NCBI GenBank assembly: GCA_035438225.1
Contig: DAORHY010000001.1
Location: forward strand, 1 to 40,357
Source of the DNA: Bacteroidia bacterium
Lineage (GTDB): Bacteria > Bacteroidota > Bacteroidia > AKYH767-A > 2013-40CM-41-45
DNA length: 40,357 nt
Reading direction: 5' to 3'
Below the pieces are notes generated by a model. That model did no database searches. It saw only the letters and a list, made by a program, of their open reading frames with translations, and was not told where the DNA came from. The position numbers and the translations under genes were made by a program. This document shows positions 8,682 to 19,581 of this stretch, piece after piece (positions within the stretch are counted from its first letter, which is position 1; every line of letters starts with the position of its first letter).

Positions 8682-11372
8682 CTACTCTACCACAAACCCT
8701 TTTACAACACTCGTTTTCCGGTTGCTGATGCGCGCAAAATATTTTCCGGGTTTCAGGTCCAGATGTTGTTGATAGCTGTCGTGCCCGGAAAGGACGACAG
8801 CAGCGACCCGGCGTCCGGTGATGTCGATAACCTCCAGTTGAGAGGCTTTGTCAGATTCCTGCTTTGAAACAAAACGAATTGTAAAATCTCCTGTATTTAC
8901 TGTTGGATAAAGTTCCACTTCAGGAATCTGAACATCCTTCCCCTCACCACTGTAAAGGAGCATTCCCAATCCGGTTTCCCAGATTCCTCTTCCAAAAGTA
9001 CTCACATAAATTTTGTTCAACGCTACATTGATTTCGATGTCGGTTACAATCACATTCGGTAGCCCTGTACTGTACAAGCCCCAGCTGGAAGATGCACTGT
9101 CGAGAACATACACTCCGATGTCTGTACCTGCCAATAGAATATCCGTTCCCGGGACGTTCCGGATACAATTGACCGGGAGATTGGGAAGGTTAAACGATAT
9201 ATTCTGCCAGGTTTGCCCTCCATCCGGGGTCTTGAAGACTTTATTTCCCGCACTGAAACCCGCCATGCTGATGTATGCAATTGCCGCATTACCGTAATGA
9301 ATATCCACGCTGGTATAATAGAGAGAATCGGGAAGACCGGCAGTGATAGTATTCCAGTTTTGCCCACCGTCATTCGTCATGTAAACCGCTCCGGGTATTC
9401 CATATTCATAGCGGACACGTTTGCATACATATAAAAAATCCGGATCAGAATCCGCAACGGCCATTGCTGAAATTTCATGATCCGCAAAACCCGGAACCGG
9501 GAATGCGGAAATCACCGACCAGTTCTGACCATTGTCTGTACTCTTACTTACATTGGAATAACCAATGTAGAAGGTGCCGGGATTCGTGTAATCTGCAACA
9601 AGCGGTGTCGTCCATTCGGCCACTTCATTATTCACATTCGCATTGATTCCGTTGGCAGAAAATCCACCGTCAAAACTCTGATTAAAATATCCGTACTGGC
9701 TGGAACCGATAATCACATTGTCGTTCTGGGGATCGAGGTAGTTGTCCATACCATCCCCGCCGAAAATTGTGCTCCAGGCATTTCCATCGAAATGGAAGGA
9801 TGCATTGTCCTGTGCTCCTGCCATCAGCCTTCCAACCGTATTCCGTGAACTTGAAAGCCGGTAAAAAGATGTAACCTGCATTCCGCTGCTGAGATTTGTC
9901 CACTGCGTAGGCCAGGGAACACCATTGTTGGCATCGGTCCAGTTGTGAATAAACAGCTGCGCTGTCCGGTAGAGGCCGCCGTCATTGCAAACAAAAATAT
10001 TGCCGGTCAAGGGTTGCTGCTGCATGAAATGGATGTCACCGTGTAAAGTAGGACCGTAACTCAGCGTCCAGTGACTGACCGGATTAAATGTCTGCGCTCC
10101 GTCTGAAGAACCCCAGATATTTACACCTCCGGCATATACCCGGTCCTTGTCTGTCGCATCCACCATGAGCGCAAGGTCATAATTCCCCTGGCCGCCGGAA
10201 CCGGTACCATCGCCTCCTTCCAGTACATTCAAACCCGGATTGATGAATTGCCAGCTTTGACCTGCATCCGAAGACTTATAAATTCCGTCCATTCCGAAAT
10301 CAAGATTTACGGTTATCGCATAAATCCTGTTTGGATCCGAAGGAGCAATGGCAAGTTTGATGCGCTGAACCACACCGGTGGGAGGAATATTCGTGTTCAA
10401 CAAGGTCCAGGTATTTCCAAAATCCACCGACTTGTAAATACCGGCACTTCCGTCATTCGCATTGTAAACCCATCCGGTAGCGGCATACAAGATATCCGGA
10501 TTCACAGGGTCCTGAACAAGGTCCCAGAAAAGTGAATCCATTCGCTGGGTCCACGTTGCTCCGGCATCCGTGCTGGTATACATTCCGCTGGTGCCGCAAG
10601 CAACCAGGTGGCTGCTGTTGGAAGGCTGTACAAGAACTTTGCGTATCAACGAGGCATCTCCATTTGTCAGCTGGAAACTCAAGCCGCTTGGCTGCCAGGA
10701 CACACCACCGTCAGTTGTTTTATACACACCAAGTCCGTAATGCGTATTTCGTTTTCTTCCGTTCAGGTTCAGCCCAAATCCCAGGTATTCGAAATCACAA
10801 ACCGAGAGGTACATCACATCGGTGTTGTTCGGATCAATGGCAATATCGCTGATGCGCAGGATCGGCAGACTCTCGGTGATCGGAGTCCAGGATTGCCCGT
10901 TGTTGGTTGTTTTCCACACTCCTCCCTGTGCTACACCTATGAAATAAGTAGCGGGGTCGTTCGGATGAAAAGCGATGCAGTTAATTCTTCCGATCCCGTT
11001 TTCCATATACCCTGTCATGTTATTGGGCACCACATCCGGACCCGAAGGAGTCCAGCCGGCAGATAAAAACCGGGAGGTAGCCTGCAGCTGTTTTTCCCTT
11101 GCTGCTTTGGTGACAGCATCAATATAAATCGCCGGATCGCCGGGATTTCCCCGGGCATCTGTATGCAATTGCATATCCATTTCCCAGCGCTTGAAATATT
11201 TCCAGTTCTTTTCGGATTTCAAATCGACACGGGACTTCCATTCATCGAACTGACGCTGCATTTCCATGAATGACAATGGCCGGGATGCTTCTTTAGAAAA
11301 AAATTTTTGAGCAATCGCCTGCCCATGCAGCAATAGAATTGCCGGCACTAAGATAAATCTGGAGAATTTCAT
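8682..11372 (-). CDS. BNR/Asp-box (sortilin/VPS10-type) beta-propeller protein with T9SS C-terminal sorting domain
   Basis: The internal ATG at 11372 gives the signal peptide MKFSRFILVPAILLLHGQAIAQ. There are at least 8 Asp-box repeats (TTNNGQSW, TTDGGVSW, STDAGATW, SVDFGNTW, SSDAGQSW, STDNGQNW, TNDGGQNW, TPDGGQTW). The C-terminus LYPTVNTGDFTIRF...GKYFARI is a T9SS CTD. Confidence 0.7.
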   Translation of the reverse strand: MKFSRFILVPAILLLHGQAIAQKFFSKEASRPLSFMEMQRQFDEWKSRVDLKSEKNWKYFKRWEMDMQLHTDARGNPGDPAIYIDAVTKAAREKQLQATSRFLSAGWTPSGPDVVPNNMTGYMENGIGRINCIAFHPNDPATYFIGVAQGGVWKTTNNGQSWTPITESLPILRISDIAIDPNNTDVMYLSVCDFEYLGFGLNLNGRKRNTHYGLGVYKTTDGGVSWQPSGLSFQLTNGDASLIRKVLVQPSNSSHLVACGTSGMYTSTDAGATWTQRMDSLFWDLVQDPVNPDILYAATGWVYNANDGSAGIYKSVDFGNTWTLLNTNIPPTGVVQRIKLAIAPSDPNRIYAITVNLDFGMDGIYKSSDAGQSWQFINPGLNVLEGGDGTGSGGQGNYDLALMVDATDKDRVYAGGVNIWGSSDGAQTFNPVSHWTLSYGPTLHGDIHFMQQQPLTGNIFVCNDGGLYRTAQLFIHNWTDANNGVPWPTQWTNLSSGMQVTSFYRLSSSRNTVGRLMAGAQDNASFHFDGNAWSTIFGGDGMDNYLDPQNDNVIIGSSQYGYFNQSFDGGFSANGINANVNNEVAEWTTPLVADYTNPGTFYIGYSNVSKSTDNGQNWSVISAFPVPGFADHEISAMAVADSDPDFLYVCKRVRYEYGIPGAVYMTNDGGQNWNTITAGLPDSLYYTSVDIHYGNAAIAYISMAGFSAGNKVFKTPDGGQTWQNISFNLPNLPVNCIRNVPGTDILLAGTDIGVYVLDSASSSWGLYSTGLPNVIVTDIEINVALNKIYVSTFGRGIWETGLGMLLYSGEGKDVQIPEVELYPTVNTGDFTIRFVSKQESDKASQLEVIDITGRRVAAVVLSGHDSYQQHLDLKPGKYFARISNRKTSVVKGFVVE

Positions 11373-11646
11373 TGAATCCGGGGGCGCAAGATTATAACAC
11401 CTGCTTTTCACAGAAGAAAGCAGTGGCTGGCCGCTAACAGAAACGGCATTACAAAGATACTGAATAACCCTTATTTTGAAACACCCATTACGGGAGGGAC
11501 TCTTGTCCTTTTCTGAATAAAAAAGCCATCCGGACCTCCGGAATCAGTCTCCAATCCAATTTCCGCATTTTAGCGTTCAGGTTAATTAAAACTTAAATGT
11601 TCCGGAAAAGACGGAGAATTTGAACAGATGAAATAAATTCGTTCGG

Positions 11647-12864
11647 ATGAAACTTCGAAAAATGCCATCGCTACTCCTGAGCGGGGTTCTGTTCATGACA
11701 GCTCCGTCGATAGTGAATGCTCAGCAAACCCCAACAAATAACTGCCAGTGGAAATTCAAAACCTCCACTCCATTCTTTGCTTCTCCCCTCGTCGAAAACA
11801 ACAGGATTTATATCGGAGGACTGGACAGTGTCTTTTATTGTCTGAACCTGACAAACGGCGAAATCGTCTGGACAATTAAAACAGGAGGCCCCATTCGTAG
11901 CACAGCAAAATCGTCAGGAGAATTTATCTGTTTTTTTAGTGGCGATGGCAGCATGTATTCGCTTTCGAAAAATAACGGGGCAGTGAACTGGAAATTCGCC
12001 TCCGTCGATAAAATGGCTGACCCTTTCGATTATTACCAGAGCAGTCCGTTGATACATGGCGACACCCTGTACTTTGGATCCGGGGATGGCAATGTCTATT
12101 CCATAAATGTTCACAGCGGTAAACTGAACTGGAAATTTGCAACGGGAAATGTGGTTCATTCAACACCCGCTCATTTCAACTCTAAAATCTATGTGAATTC
12201 CTTTGATGGAAACACCTACGCATTGAATGCCGCGGACGGCCAACTGATATGGAAATTCAAAAGCATCGGCCATCGCTATTTTCCGAATGGTGAAATGCAA
12301 TTTTCACCGGTTGTTGCAAACGGATTGGTATTCACAAGTGGCAGAGACTACAACCTGTATGCACTGGACGCGGAAAAAGGGTATGCACACTGGAACCGTG
12401 TGTTCCCGCGGGGCTGGGCGCCGGTGATCACGCCATCGCCTGCAAACGACTCCGTGGTGTATATCGGCACATCCGACGATTACCTTGTCCTTTGCCTGAA
12501 CAGTATAAACGGTCGTGAACTCTGGAAAGCAAATGTGAAGTTCAATGTTTTTGGCGCCTGTTCATTCCGCGGCGATACAGGATACGCTTCCACACTCATG
12601 GGAAAATGTTTCTCCTTCAATCGAAAAACCGGTGAACTTCTCGAACAGTTTACATCCGATTCATACCGAGAACACCGTCTCGAATATTTTAAACCGGACG
12701 ATACCTTCCGGGATGATATTTTTTCCATCCTTCATTCAAACGAAGATTTGATTGAAGCAGAATACAAAGTGGGTGGTTTCTATTCCACACCGGTAATTAC
12801 CGGGGAGTACTTACTGCTGAGCAGTACAGACGGGACGTTGTATTGTTATAGCCTGCGGAAGTAA
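11647..12864 (+). CDS. PQQ-like (BamB-like) beta-propeller repeat protein, secreted
   Basis: The signal peptide is MKLRKMPSLLLSGVLFMTAPSIVNAQ. The repeated unit is G-x-x-x-W-K/T-F...SP....IY.GS.DG..Y.LN (GEIVWTIKTG, GAVNWKFAS, GKLNWKFATG, GQLIWKFKS, GRELWKANV). Confidence 0.75.
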   Translation: MKLRKMPSLLLSGVLFMTAPSIVNAQQTPTNNCQWKFKTSTPFFASPLVENNRIYIGGLDSVFYCLNLTNGEIVWTIKTGGPIRSTAKSSGEFICFFSGDGSMYSLSKNNGAVNWKFASVDKMADPFDYYQSSPLIHGDTLYFGSGDGNVYSINVHSGKLNWKFATGNVVHSTPAHFNSKIYVNSFDGNTYALNAADGQLIWKFKSIGHRYFPNGEMQFSPVVANGLVFTSGRDYNLYALDAEKGYAHWNRVFPRGWAPVITPSPANDSVVYIGTSDDYLVLCLNSINGRELWKANVKFNVFGACSFRGDTGYASTLMGKCFSFNRKTGELLEQFTSDSYREHRLEYFKPDDTFRDDIFSILHSNEDLIEAEYKVGGFYSTPVITGEYLLLSSTDGTLYCYSLRK

Positions 12865-12989
12865 AAAAGACGCATTATTTCCTATGCCATCAATGCATAT
12901 AGAAACTGGTTTTCAATTATATTTATTCAAAATATCTTATACCTTTATCTGCTCATAGTCTATTTAGATCCTTTTTAAAAAATATCCAT

Positions 12990-13064
12990 AAAAAAAAGCG
13001 ACTTGCGCCGCTTTAGATGTTTTCACAACGGAATAATCCTTATTGTGATTTGCTTCAAAATGTA
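12990..13064 (-). ncRNA. tracrRNA: tracrRNA of the type II-C system (about 75 nt)
   Basis: The minus strand reads ACAUUUUGAAGCAAAUCACAA, an anti-repeat complementary to nt 2-23 of the minus-strand repeat with one bulged U. It continues UAAGGAUUAUUCCGUUGUGA, which is nexus-like (compare SpCas9 AAGGCUAGUCCGUU). It ends in a GCGGC-GCAA-GUCGC hairpin plus U8 (12990-13011). Confidence 0.8.
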
Positions 13065-13067
13065 AAA

Positions 13068-13075
13068 CAAAAATA
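13068..13075 (-). promoter_or_regulatory. -7 promoter box (TATTTTTG) of the tracrRNA
   Basis: The minus strand reads TATTTTTG, matching TAnnTTTG, 4 nt upstream of the first anti-repeat base. A TTG lies 19 nt further upstream (GTTG-N19-TATTTTTG). Confidence 0.45.
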
Positions 13076-13114
13076 TCCATTTATTCAATACAAACAACAT
13101 TACCCCAAAAAAAT

Positions 13115-16100
13115 ATGAAAAAAATATTAGGACTCGATCTCGGTTCCACTTCAATTGGATGGGCGCTGATTAATGAACCAGAAACCGAAAAAGAAGTTTT
13201 TCAAATTGTAGGAATGGGTGTGCGTATAATTCCTTTAAGCAAGGATGAAAACGATGAATTTACAAAAGGAAACGCTATCTCAAAAAATGCCAGCCGAACA
13301 TTCAAGCGGGGTGCAAGAAGAGGAATGCAGCGATATAAATTAAGAAAGGAAGCACTTGTTAAGATTCTTCAGTCTTTACAAATGATGCCTGATGCCGATC
13401 ATTTCAATCTTTCTGCTTTGAACCTCTACAGTTTACGTGATCGCGGCCTTCATGACCAACTATCGCTCAAGGAAATTGGAAGAATTCTTTTCCACTTAAA
13501 TCAAAAACGCGGCTACAAGAGCAACAGAAAAGCAAATAATGATGAAGTTGAAGGAAAGGCCGAGAAAGATTCTCCGGAACCAGAAATCGATGATAATGCT
13601 AAGAGTAAAGTGTCTAAAAAACCGGGTTATCTCGACCAAATCAACAACAGAGAAAACCTGATTGAAAAAGAGAACTTGACAATTGGTCAATACTTTTATT
13701 CTGAACTCAAAAAAGATCCATATTTCCGTATTAAGGAGAACATTTTTATGCGGAAAAGTTATGAGAATGAATTTGATAAGATTTGGATAAAGCAGCAGGA
13801 ATTTTATCCTTCCATACTTACAGATGAAATTAAAGATAAAATAAAAAATGAAATAATTTACTATCAACGACCCCTAAAATCTCAAAAGGGTCTTGTTTCC
13901 TACTGTGAATTTGAAAGAAAAATCTATTTTGACAAAACAAGTACTCCGATAAAAGAAATTAAAGGAGGACCGAAAGTTACCCCAAAAAGTTCTCCACTTT
14001 TTCAGGTTGCTAAAATCTGGCAGGAATTGAACAACATTGAAATTACAAGTTTCAAAGCAATTAAAAATTCCAATCAAACACCCGAATCCGGTTTTAATGA
14101 AGAAGGAAAACGTTCCCTAACATTGGACGAAAAAAAGCACATATTCGAAAAGCTAAATTTTGGCGATAAAATCACACCGAAAGAAATTCTTACCCTTCTT
14201 GGTTACAAATCAGGATACAATGAATACAAGATCAATTTGAGGAATGAGAAATTCATGGAAGGGAATCGTACCCTTGCAGCCATCAAAAAGGTTTTTGACA
14301 AACATGATGAAAATTATAATGAATTCCTCCATTTTGATCTTCAAATTGAACAATCCAATAGAGTTGATCCGGAAACCGGTGAATTATTTCCGGCCGTTAA
14401 TTGTAACTTTGAAAAGGAACCGCTCTATAAATTGTGGCATATTCTCTATTCAATTGACGATAACTCCGATGTTATCAAAACCCTGACTCAAAAGTGGAAC
14501 ATGAGTTTAAAGGTTGCCACAGATCTTGCAAAATTGGATTTTCAAAAATCAGGATATGGAAATATGAGTGCCAAAGCGCTCAGGAACATTCTGCCTCACC
14601 TTATGAATGGCTTCCAATACCCGAAGGCATGTGAAATGGCTGGATACAATCATAGCAACAGTAGAACCAAAATTGAAAACCAAATCAGGCCACTCCTTGA
14701 AAAGATAAAACTGTATGAAAAAAATAGTCTACGGCAACCAGTTGTTGAAAAAGTGATTAACCAGGTAATTAACCTTATAAATGACCTGATCGATGAAAAA
14801 ACCGGACTAATCTCCGGTGAGGAGAGGAATGCAAAAGATAAGTTTGAAATACGGGTTGAATTGGCAAGGGATTTAAGACAAAGTGCTGAAGAAAGAAATA
14901 AAGCCTTCAAATCAATTACTGATGCGGACAAAAAACACAAAGCCATTGTGGAGGAACTAATTCCAATAATCAGTTCCGTGAGTAAAAGGGACATAGAAAA
15001 GTATAAACTCTGGAAAGAATTTGAAGGTATCTCACCCTATGAACCTTCAAAAGTTATTGGCTTAAGAGAACTTTTTAATAAAAACGATGGAGTCATTTAT
15101 GACATCGAACATATTATACCAAAATCCAGGCTTTTCGATGATTCCTTTTCAAATAAAACAATTTGCCCACGGCATTTGAATTCCGGTTCGAAAGGTAAAA
15201 ATCAAAATACCGCTTTCGATTTTATGAAGCTGCAAGGCGATGATATACTGAATAATTATGTAGAAGTGGTAAAGAAACATCTGTATAAAAAAGATGGAAT
15301 TTCTAAAAGTAAATTCAATAAATTAATGATGCAGGGCGACAAAATCCCAGAAGACTTCATTAATCGTCAAATGCAGGAAACTCGTTTCATTTCCAAAGAA
15401 GTCAGAAGTTTATTGGAGCAGGTTTCCAGAAATGTATATGCTACTACCGGTTCAGTAACTGCAAAACTGCGGGATCTATGGGGTTGGAATGACATCCTCA
15501 TGAATCTCCAAATTGAAAAGTATCGTGCAGCCGGCCAGGTAGAGTTAAAAGAATTTACCAGAGATGGACAAATTCATCAAGTTGAAAGAATAAAAGATTG
15601 GTCAAAACGAGAGGACCATAGACATCATGCAATTGATGCATTGACAGTTGCATGTACAAAACAAGCTCATATTCAAAAAATGAATACATTAAACTCACAG
15701 CACACCCGTGACGAAATGTATAATGCTGTTGGAAACAATGGGTATGAACGTAAGTTGAATATTCTTGAAAAGTACCTGGTCTCTCAACGTCCATTTTCTA
15801 CTGACCAGGTATCAAAAGAAGCAGCCAAAATTCTGATCTCTTATAAAGCGGGGAAAAGATTGTTTTCTAAATCAAAGAACAAAATCAGAGTAAAAAACGG
15901 GAACAAGATTCAAATTACTTTAACGCCAAGGGGATTTCTTCACAAAGAAACTGTTTACGGTGAAATTAAACAATTCGAGAAAGCAAAATTAAATCCCCGC
16001 TTCACACGATTTGACGACATCGCGGACCCAAACCAGGGTTCTCTTGTAAAACAACATCTGAACAATTTTAATGGTGATCCCAAAAAAGCCTTTGGTAGCA

Positions 16101-16987
16101 AAGGATTGGCTCAATTTGAGTCGCAATATCATTTTACAGATGTAACTGTTTTCAGCAATGAATCTGTTGTGAAGTACAATTTGAATAAAGACTTCAAGGA
16201 AAAAGACATTGAATCCATCGTCGACAAAGGCATTCAAAAAAAGGTTCGGGAACATCTCTCAATGCACGGAAACAATCCCAAAGTCGCCTTTAGTGCTGAA
16301 CATCCCGTGTGGTTTAACAAGGAGAAAAAGATTCAGATTAAGTCTGTCCGCTGTAAAACCGGAAACGATAATTTACAAAATCTTCACCGGGATGCTAATG
16401 GACGAAAGATTGATTTTGTTTCAACAAGTAACAATCACCACATAGCAATATACAAAGATGCATCGGGCAAACTTCAGGAAAATGCCGTAACCTTCTGGGA
16501 TGCTTTTGAACGCAAGAAAAATGGCCTACCTGCTATCATCAAAAATCCAAAAGAAACCTGGGATACTGTTCTAACAAACGGCTTAGACAATCAGGTTTTA
16601 CTTTCCAATCTTCCAAAAGAAGACTGGACATTCATTACTTCCCTAGAACAAAATGACATGTTTGTGTTTGGAATGACAATGAATGAAATTCAAAATGCAA
16701 TTGAAAAGCAAGAATATGAGCCGATTAGCGAGCATTTGTACCGAGTTCAAAAACTATCAGAGCTATACTATGTTTTTAGATTCCACATTGAAACAAAAGT
16801 TGATGACAAATTTGATGGAAGTAAAAACGAAAAAGTGTCTATGGAACTTGGAAAAATGAAACGCATCACAAGTCTTGGCACAATGAATGGAATAAAAGTG
16901 AAAATAAACAAATTGGGTAAATTAACTCTGGAAGATAATCAACAAGGAATAGTAAATAAAATACTGGTGCAGGAAAGTACGTCTTGA
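13115..16987 (+). CDS. cas9: Cas9, type II-C (1290 aa)
   Basis: RuvC-I is MKKILGLDLGSTSIGWALI and the Arg-rich bridge helix is RTFKRGARRGMQRYKLRK. RuvC-II is IRVELARDL. The HNH domain is YDIEHIIPKSRLFDDSFSNKTICPRHLNSGSKGKNQNTAFDF and RuvC-III is HRHHAIDAL. cas1-cas2 and the array follow directly. Confidence 0.95.
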   Translation: MKKILGLDLGSTSIGWALINEPETEKEVFQIVGMGVRIIPLSKDENDEFTKGNAISKNASRTFKRGARRGMQRYKLRKEALVKILQSLQMMPDADHFNLSALNLYSLRDRGLHDQLSLKEIGRILFHLNQKRGYKSNRKANNDEVEGKAEKDSPEPEIDDNAKSKVSKKPGYLDQINNRENLIEKENLTIGQYFYSELKKDPYFRIKENIFMRKSYENEFDKIWIKQQEFYPSILTDEIKDKIKNEIIYYQRPLKSQKGLVSYCEFERKIYFDKTSTPIKEIKGGPKVTPKSSPLFQVAKIWQELNNIEITSFKAIKNSNQTPESGFNEEGKRSLTLDEKKHIFEKLNFGDKITPKEILTLLGYKSGYNEYKINLRNEKFMEGNRTLAAIKKVFDKHDENYNEFLHFDLQIEQSNRVDPETGELFPAVNCNFEKEPLYKLWHILYSIDDNSDVIKTLTQKWNMSLKVATDLAKLDFQKSGYGNMSAKALRNILPHLMNGFQYPKACEMAGYNHSNSRTKIENQIRPLLEKIKLYEKNSLRQPVVEKVINQVINLINDLIDEKTGLISGEERNAKDKFEIRVELARDLRQSAEERNKAFKSITDADKKHKAIVEELIPIISSVSKRDIEKYKLWKEFEGISPYEPSKVIGLRELFNKNDGVIYDIEHIIPKSRLFDDSFSNKTICPRHLNSGSKGKNQNTAFDFMKLQGDDILNNYVEVVKKHLYKKDGISKSKFNKLMMQGDKIPEDFINRQMQETRFISKEVRSLLEQVSRNVYATTGSVTAKLRDLWGWNDILMNLQIEKYRAAGQVELKEFTRDGQIHQVERIKDWSKREDHRHHAIDALTVACTKQAHIQKMNTLNSQHTRDEMYNAVGNNGYERKLNILEKYLVSQRPFSTDQVSKEAAKILISYKAGKRLFSKSKNKIRVKNGNKIQITLTPRGFLHKETVYGEIKQFEKAKLNPRFTRFDDIADPNQGSLVKQHLNNFNGDPKKAFGSKGLAQFESQYHFTDVTVFSNESVVKYNLNKDFKEKDIESIVDKGIQKKVREHLSMHGNNPKVAFSAEHPVWFNKEKKIQIKSVRCKTGNDNLQNLHRDANGRKIDFVSTSNNHHIAIYKDASGKLQENAVTFWDAFERKKNGLPAIIKNPKETWDTVLTNGLDNQVLLSNLPKEDWTFITSLEQNDMFVFGMTMNEIQNAIEKQEYEPISEHLYRVQKLSELYYVFRFHIETKVDDKFDGSKNEKVSMELGKMKRITSLGTMNGIKVKINKLGKLTLEDNQQGIVNKILVQESTS

Positions 16988-17008
16988 TAAATTCAAAAAT
17001 TATAAAGG

Positions 17009-18282
<1,274 letters not shown>

Positions 18283-18450
18283 ACAAACGTACTCACCTCT
18301 CACTCACTTTGATCCTGATTCCGATCAATTTCAACCAATCAGGATTAAAAATTTCGGTTATTTCTTCTTTACCAAGACAAGTTTCCCATGTTTTTTAAAT
18401 CGGTAATTCCCTCTGGAATACCTGATTTTACTGGGCTTTCAACAACCTAT

Positions 18451-19342
18451 GTTGTTCAGTCTTATGTCAAAGATACATTTTGAAAGCAAATCACAACTTC
18501 TAACCGCCCACTCGTTGCTTGAATCCGTTGTTCAGTCTTATGTCAAAGATACATTTTGAAAGCAAATCACAACCAATCAAATATTGAATATCCGGATTCT
18601 TTTGTTGTTCAGTCTTATGTCAAAGATACATTTTGAAAGCAAATCACAACCCGAAACATCGTTTCCCAATACAAGATCAAGTTGTTCAGTCTTATGTCAA
18701 AGATACATTTTGAAAGCAAATCACAACCTGCGAAAATGTCAAACCATCTTGTCGGTGTTGTTCAGTCTTATGTCAAAGATACATTTTGAAAGCAAATCAC
18801 AACAAGGTGAGTAGCTCATCTGCCATGATGAAAGTTGTTCAGTCTTATGTCAAAGATACATTTTGAAAGCAAATCACAACCCATGGATCTGAATTGTTTT
18901 TTAAAAGTCGGTTGTTCAGTCTTATGTCAAAGATACATTTTGAAAGCAAATCACAACCAGTGAAGGTTTCCGGATTACTCTCTGAGAGTTGTTCAGTCTT
19001 ATGTCAAAGATACATTTTGAAAGCAAATCACAACTCCGATTTGCCTCAAAGGCCTCCCGTCTGCGTTGTTCAGTCTTATGTCAAAGATACATTTTGAAAG
19101 CAAATCACAACTGCCGGTGGCTCATCATCAGATTGATGATGGTTGTTCAGTCTTATGTCAAAGATACATTTTGAAAGCAAATCACAACCTCGAATAAATT
19201 GAACATTTTGCTTTGAAAGTTGTTCAGTCTTATGTCAAAGATACATTTTGAAAGCAAATCACAACTTCAATTGTTGCGAATGTTTTCATATCGTTGTTGT
19301 TCAGTCTTATGTCAAAGATACATTTTGAAAGCAAATCACAAC
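18451..19342 (-). CRISPR. CRISPR array: 12 identical 47-nt repeats and 11 unique spacers (29-30 nt), functionally read from the minus strand
   Basis: The plus-strand repeat is GTTGTTCAGTCTTATGTCAAAGATACATTTTGAAAGCAAATCACAAC. Repeats start at 18451, 18527, 18604, 18681, 18757, 18834, 18911, 18988, 19065, 19142, 19219 and 19296. The minus-strand form GTTGTGATTTGCTTTCAAAATG... is the canonical Bacteroidetes II-C orientation and is the strand complementary to the tracrRNA anti-repeat. Confidence 0.97.
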
Positions 19343-19581
19343 AACCGTTTCAAAGCTTTTCAATCGCGGTAAGTTAATGTTCTCAACTTTATTCGGAGAA
19401 CTGAACCAGCCAGCCGGAAGGCAGGTTTCCACCGTGTACAAATGTATCTGTGAAGCACGGCCCCCAGCTATCGCTAACCTCTTGTGAATGGATGCTCTGC
19501 TGTTCGTTCGAAGACGGATAACCCAAATGTAGCATGCACTTCATCCATAACACTGAGTGTACGTTGCAGAATTTAGTTGCT

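Noticed and set aside
18584-19174. ORF-track ORFs 18584..18814, 18894..19097 and 18989..19174, whose proteins repeat FSLMSKIHFESKSQ
   Set aside because: They are translations of the CRISPR repeat itself in a frame that happens to lack stops. Their periodicity equals the repeat-spacer unit, so they are not genes.
19189-19218. Spacer 10 ends in CATTTTGCTTTGAAA, which resembles the reverse-complement repeat segment GATTTGCTTTCAAA
   Set aside because: It is only an imperfect match of about 12 nt. Given the number of possible comparisons this is compatible with chance, and there is no extended similarity.
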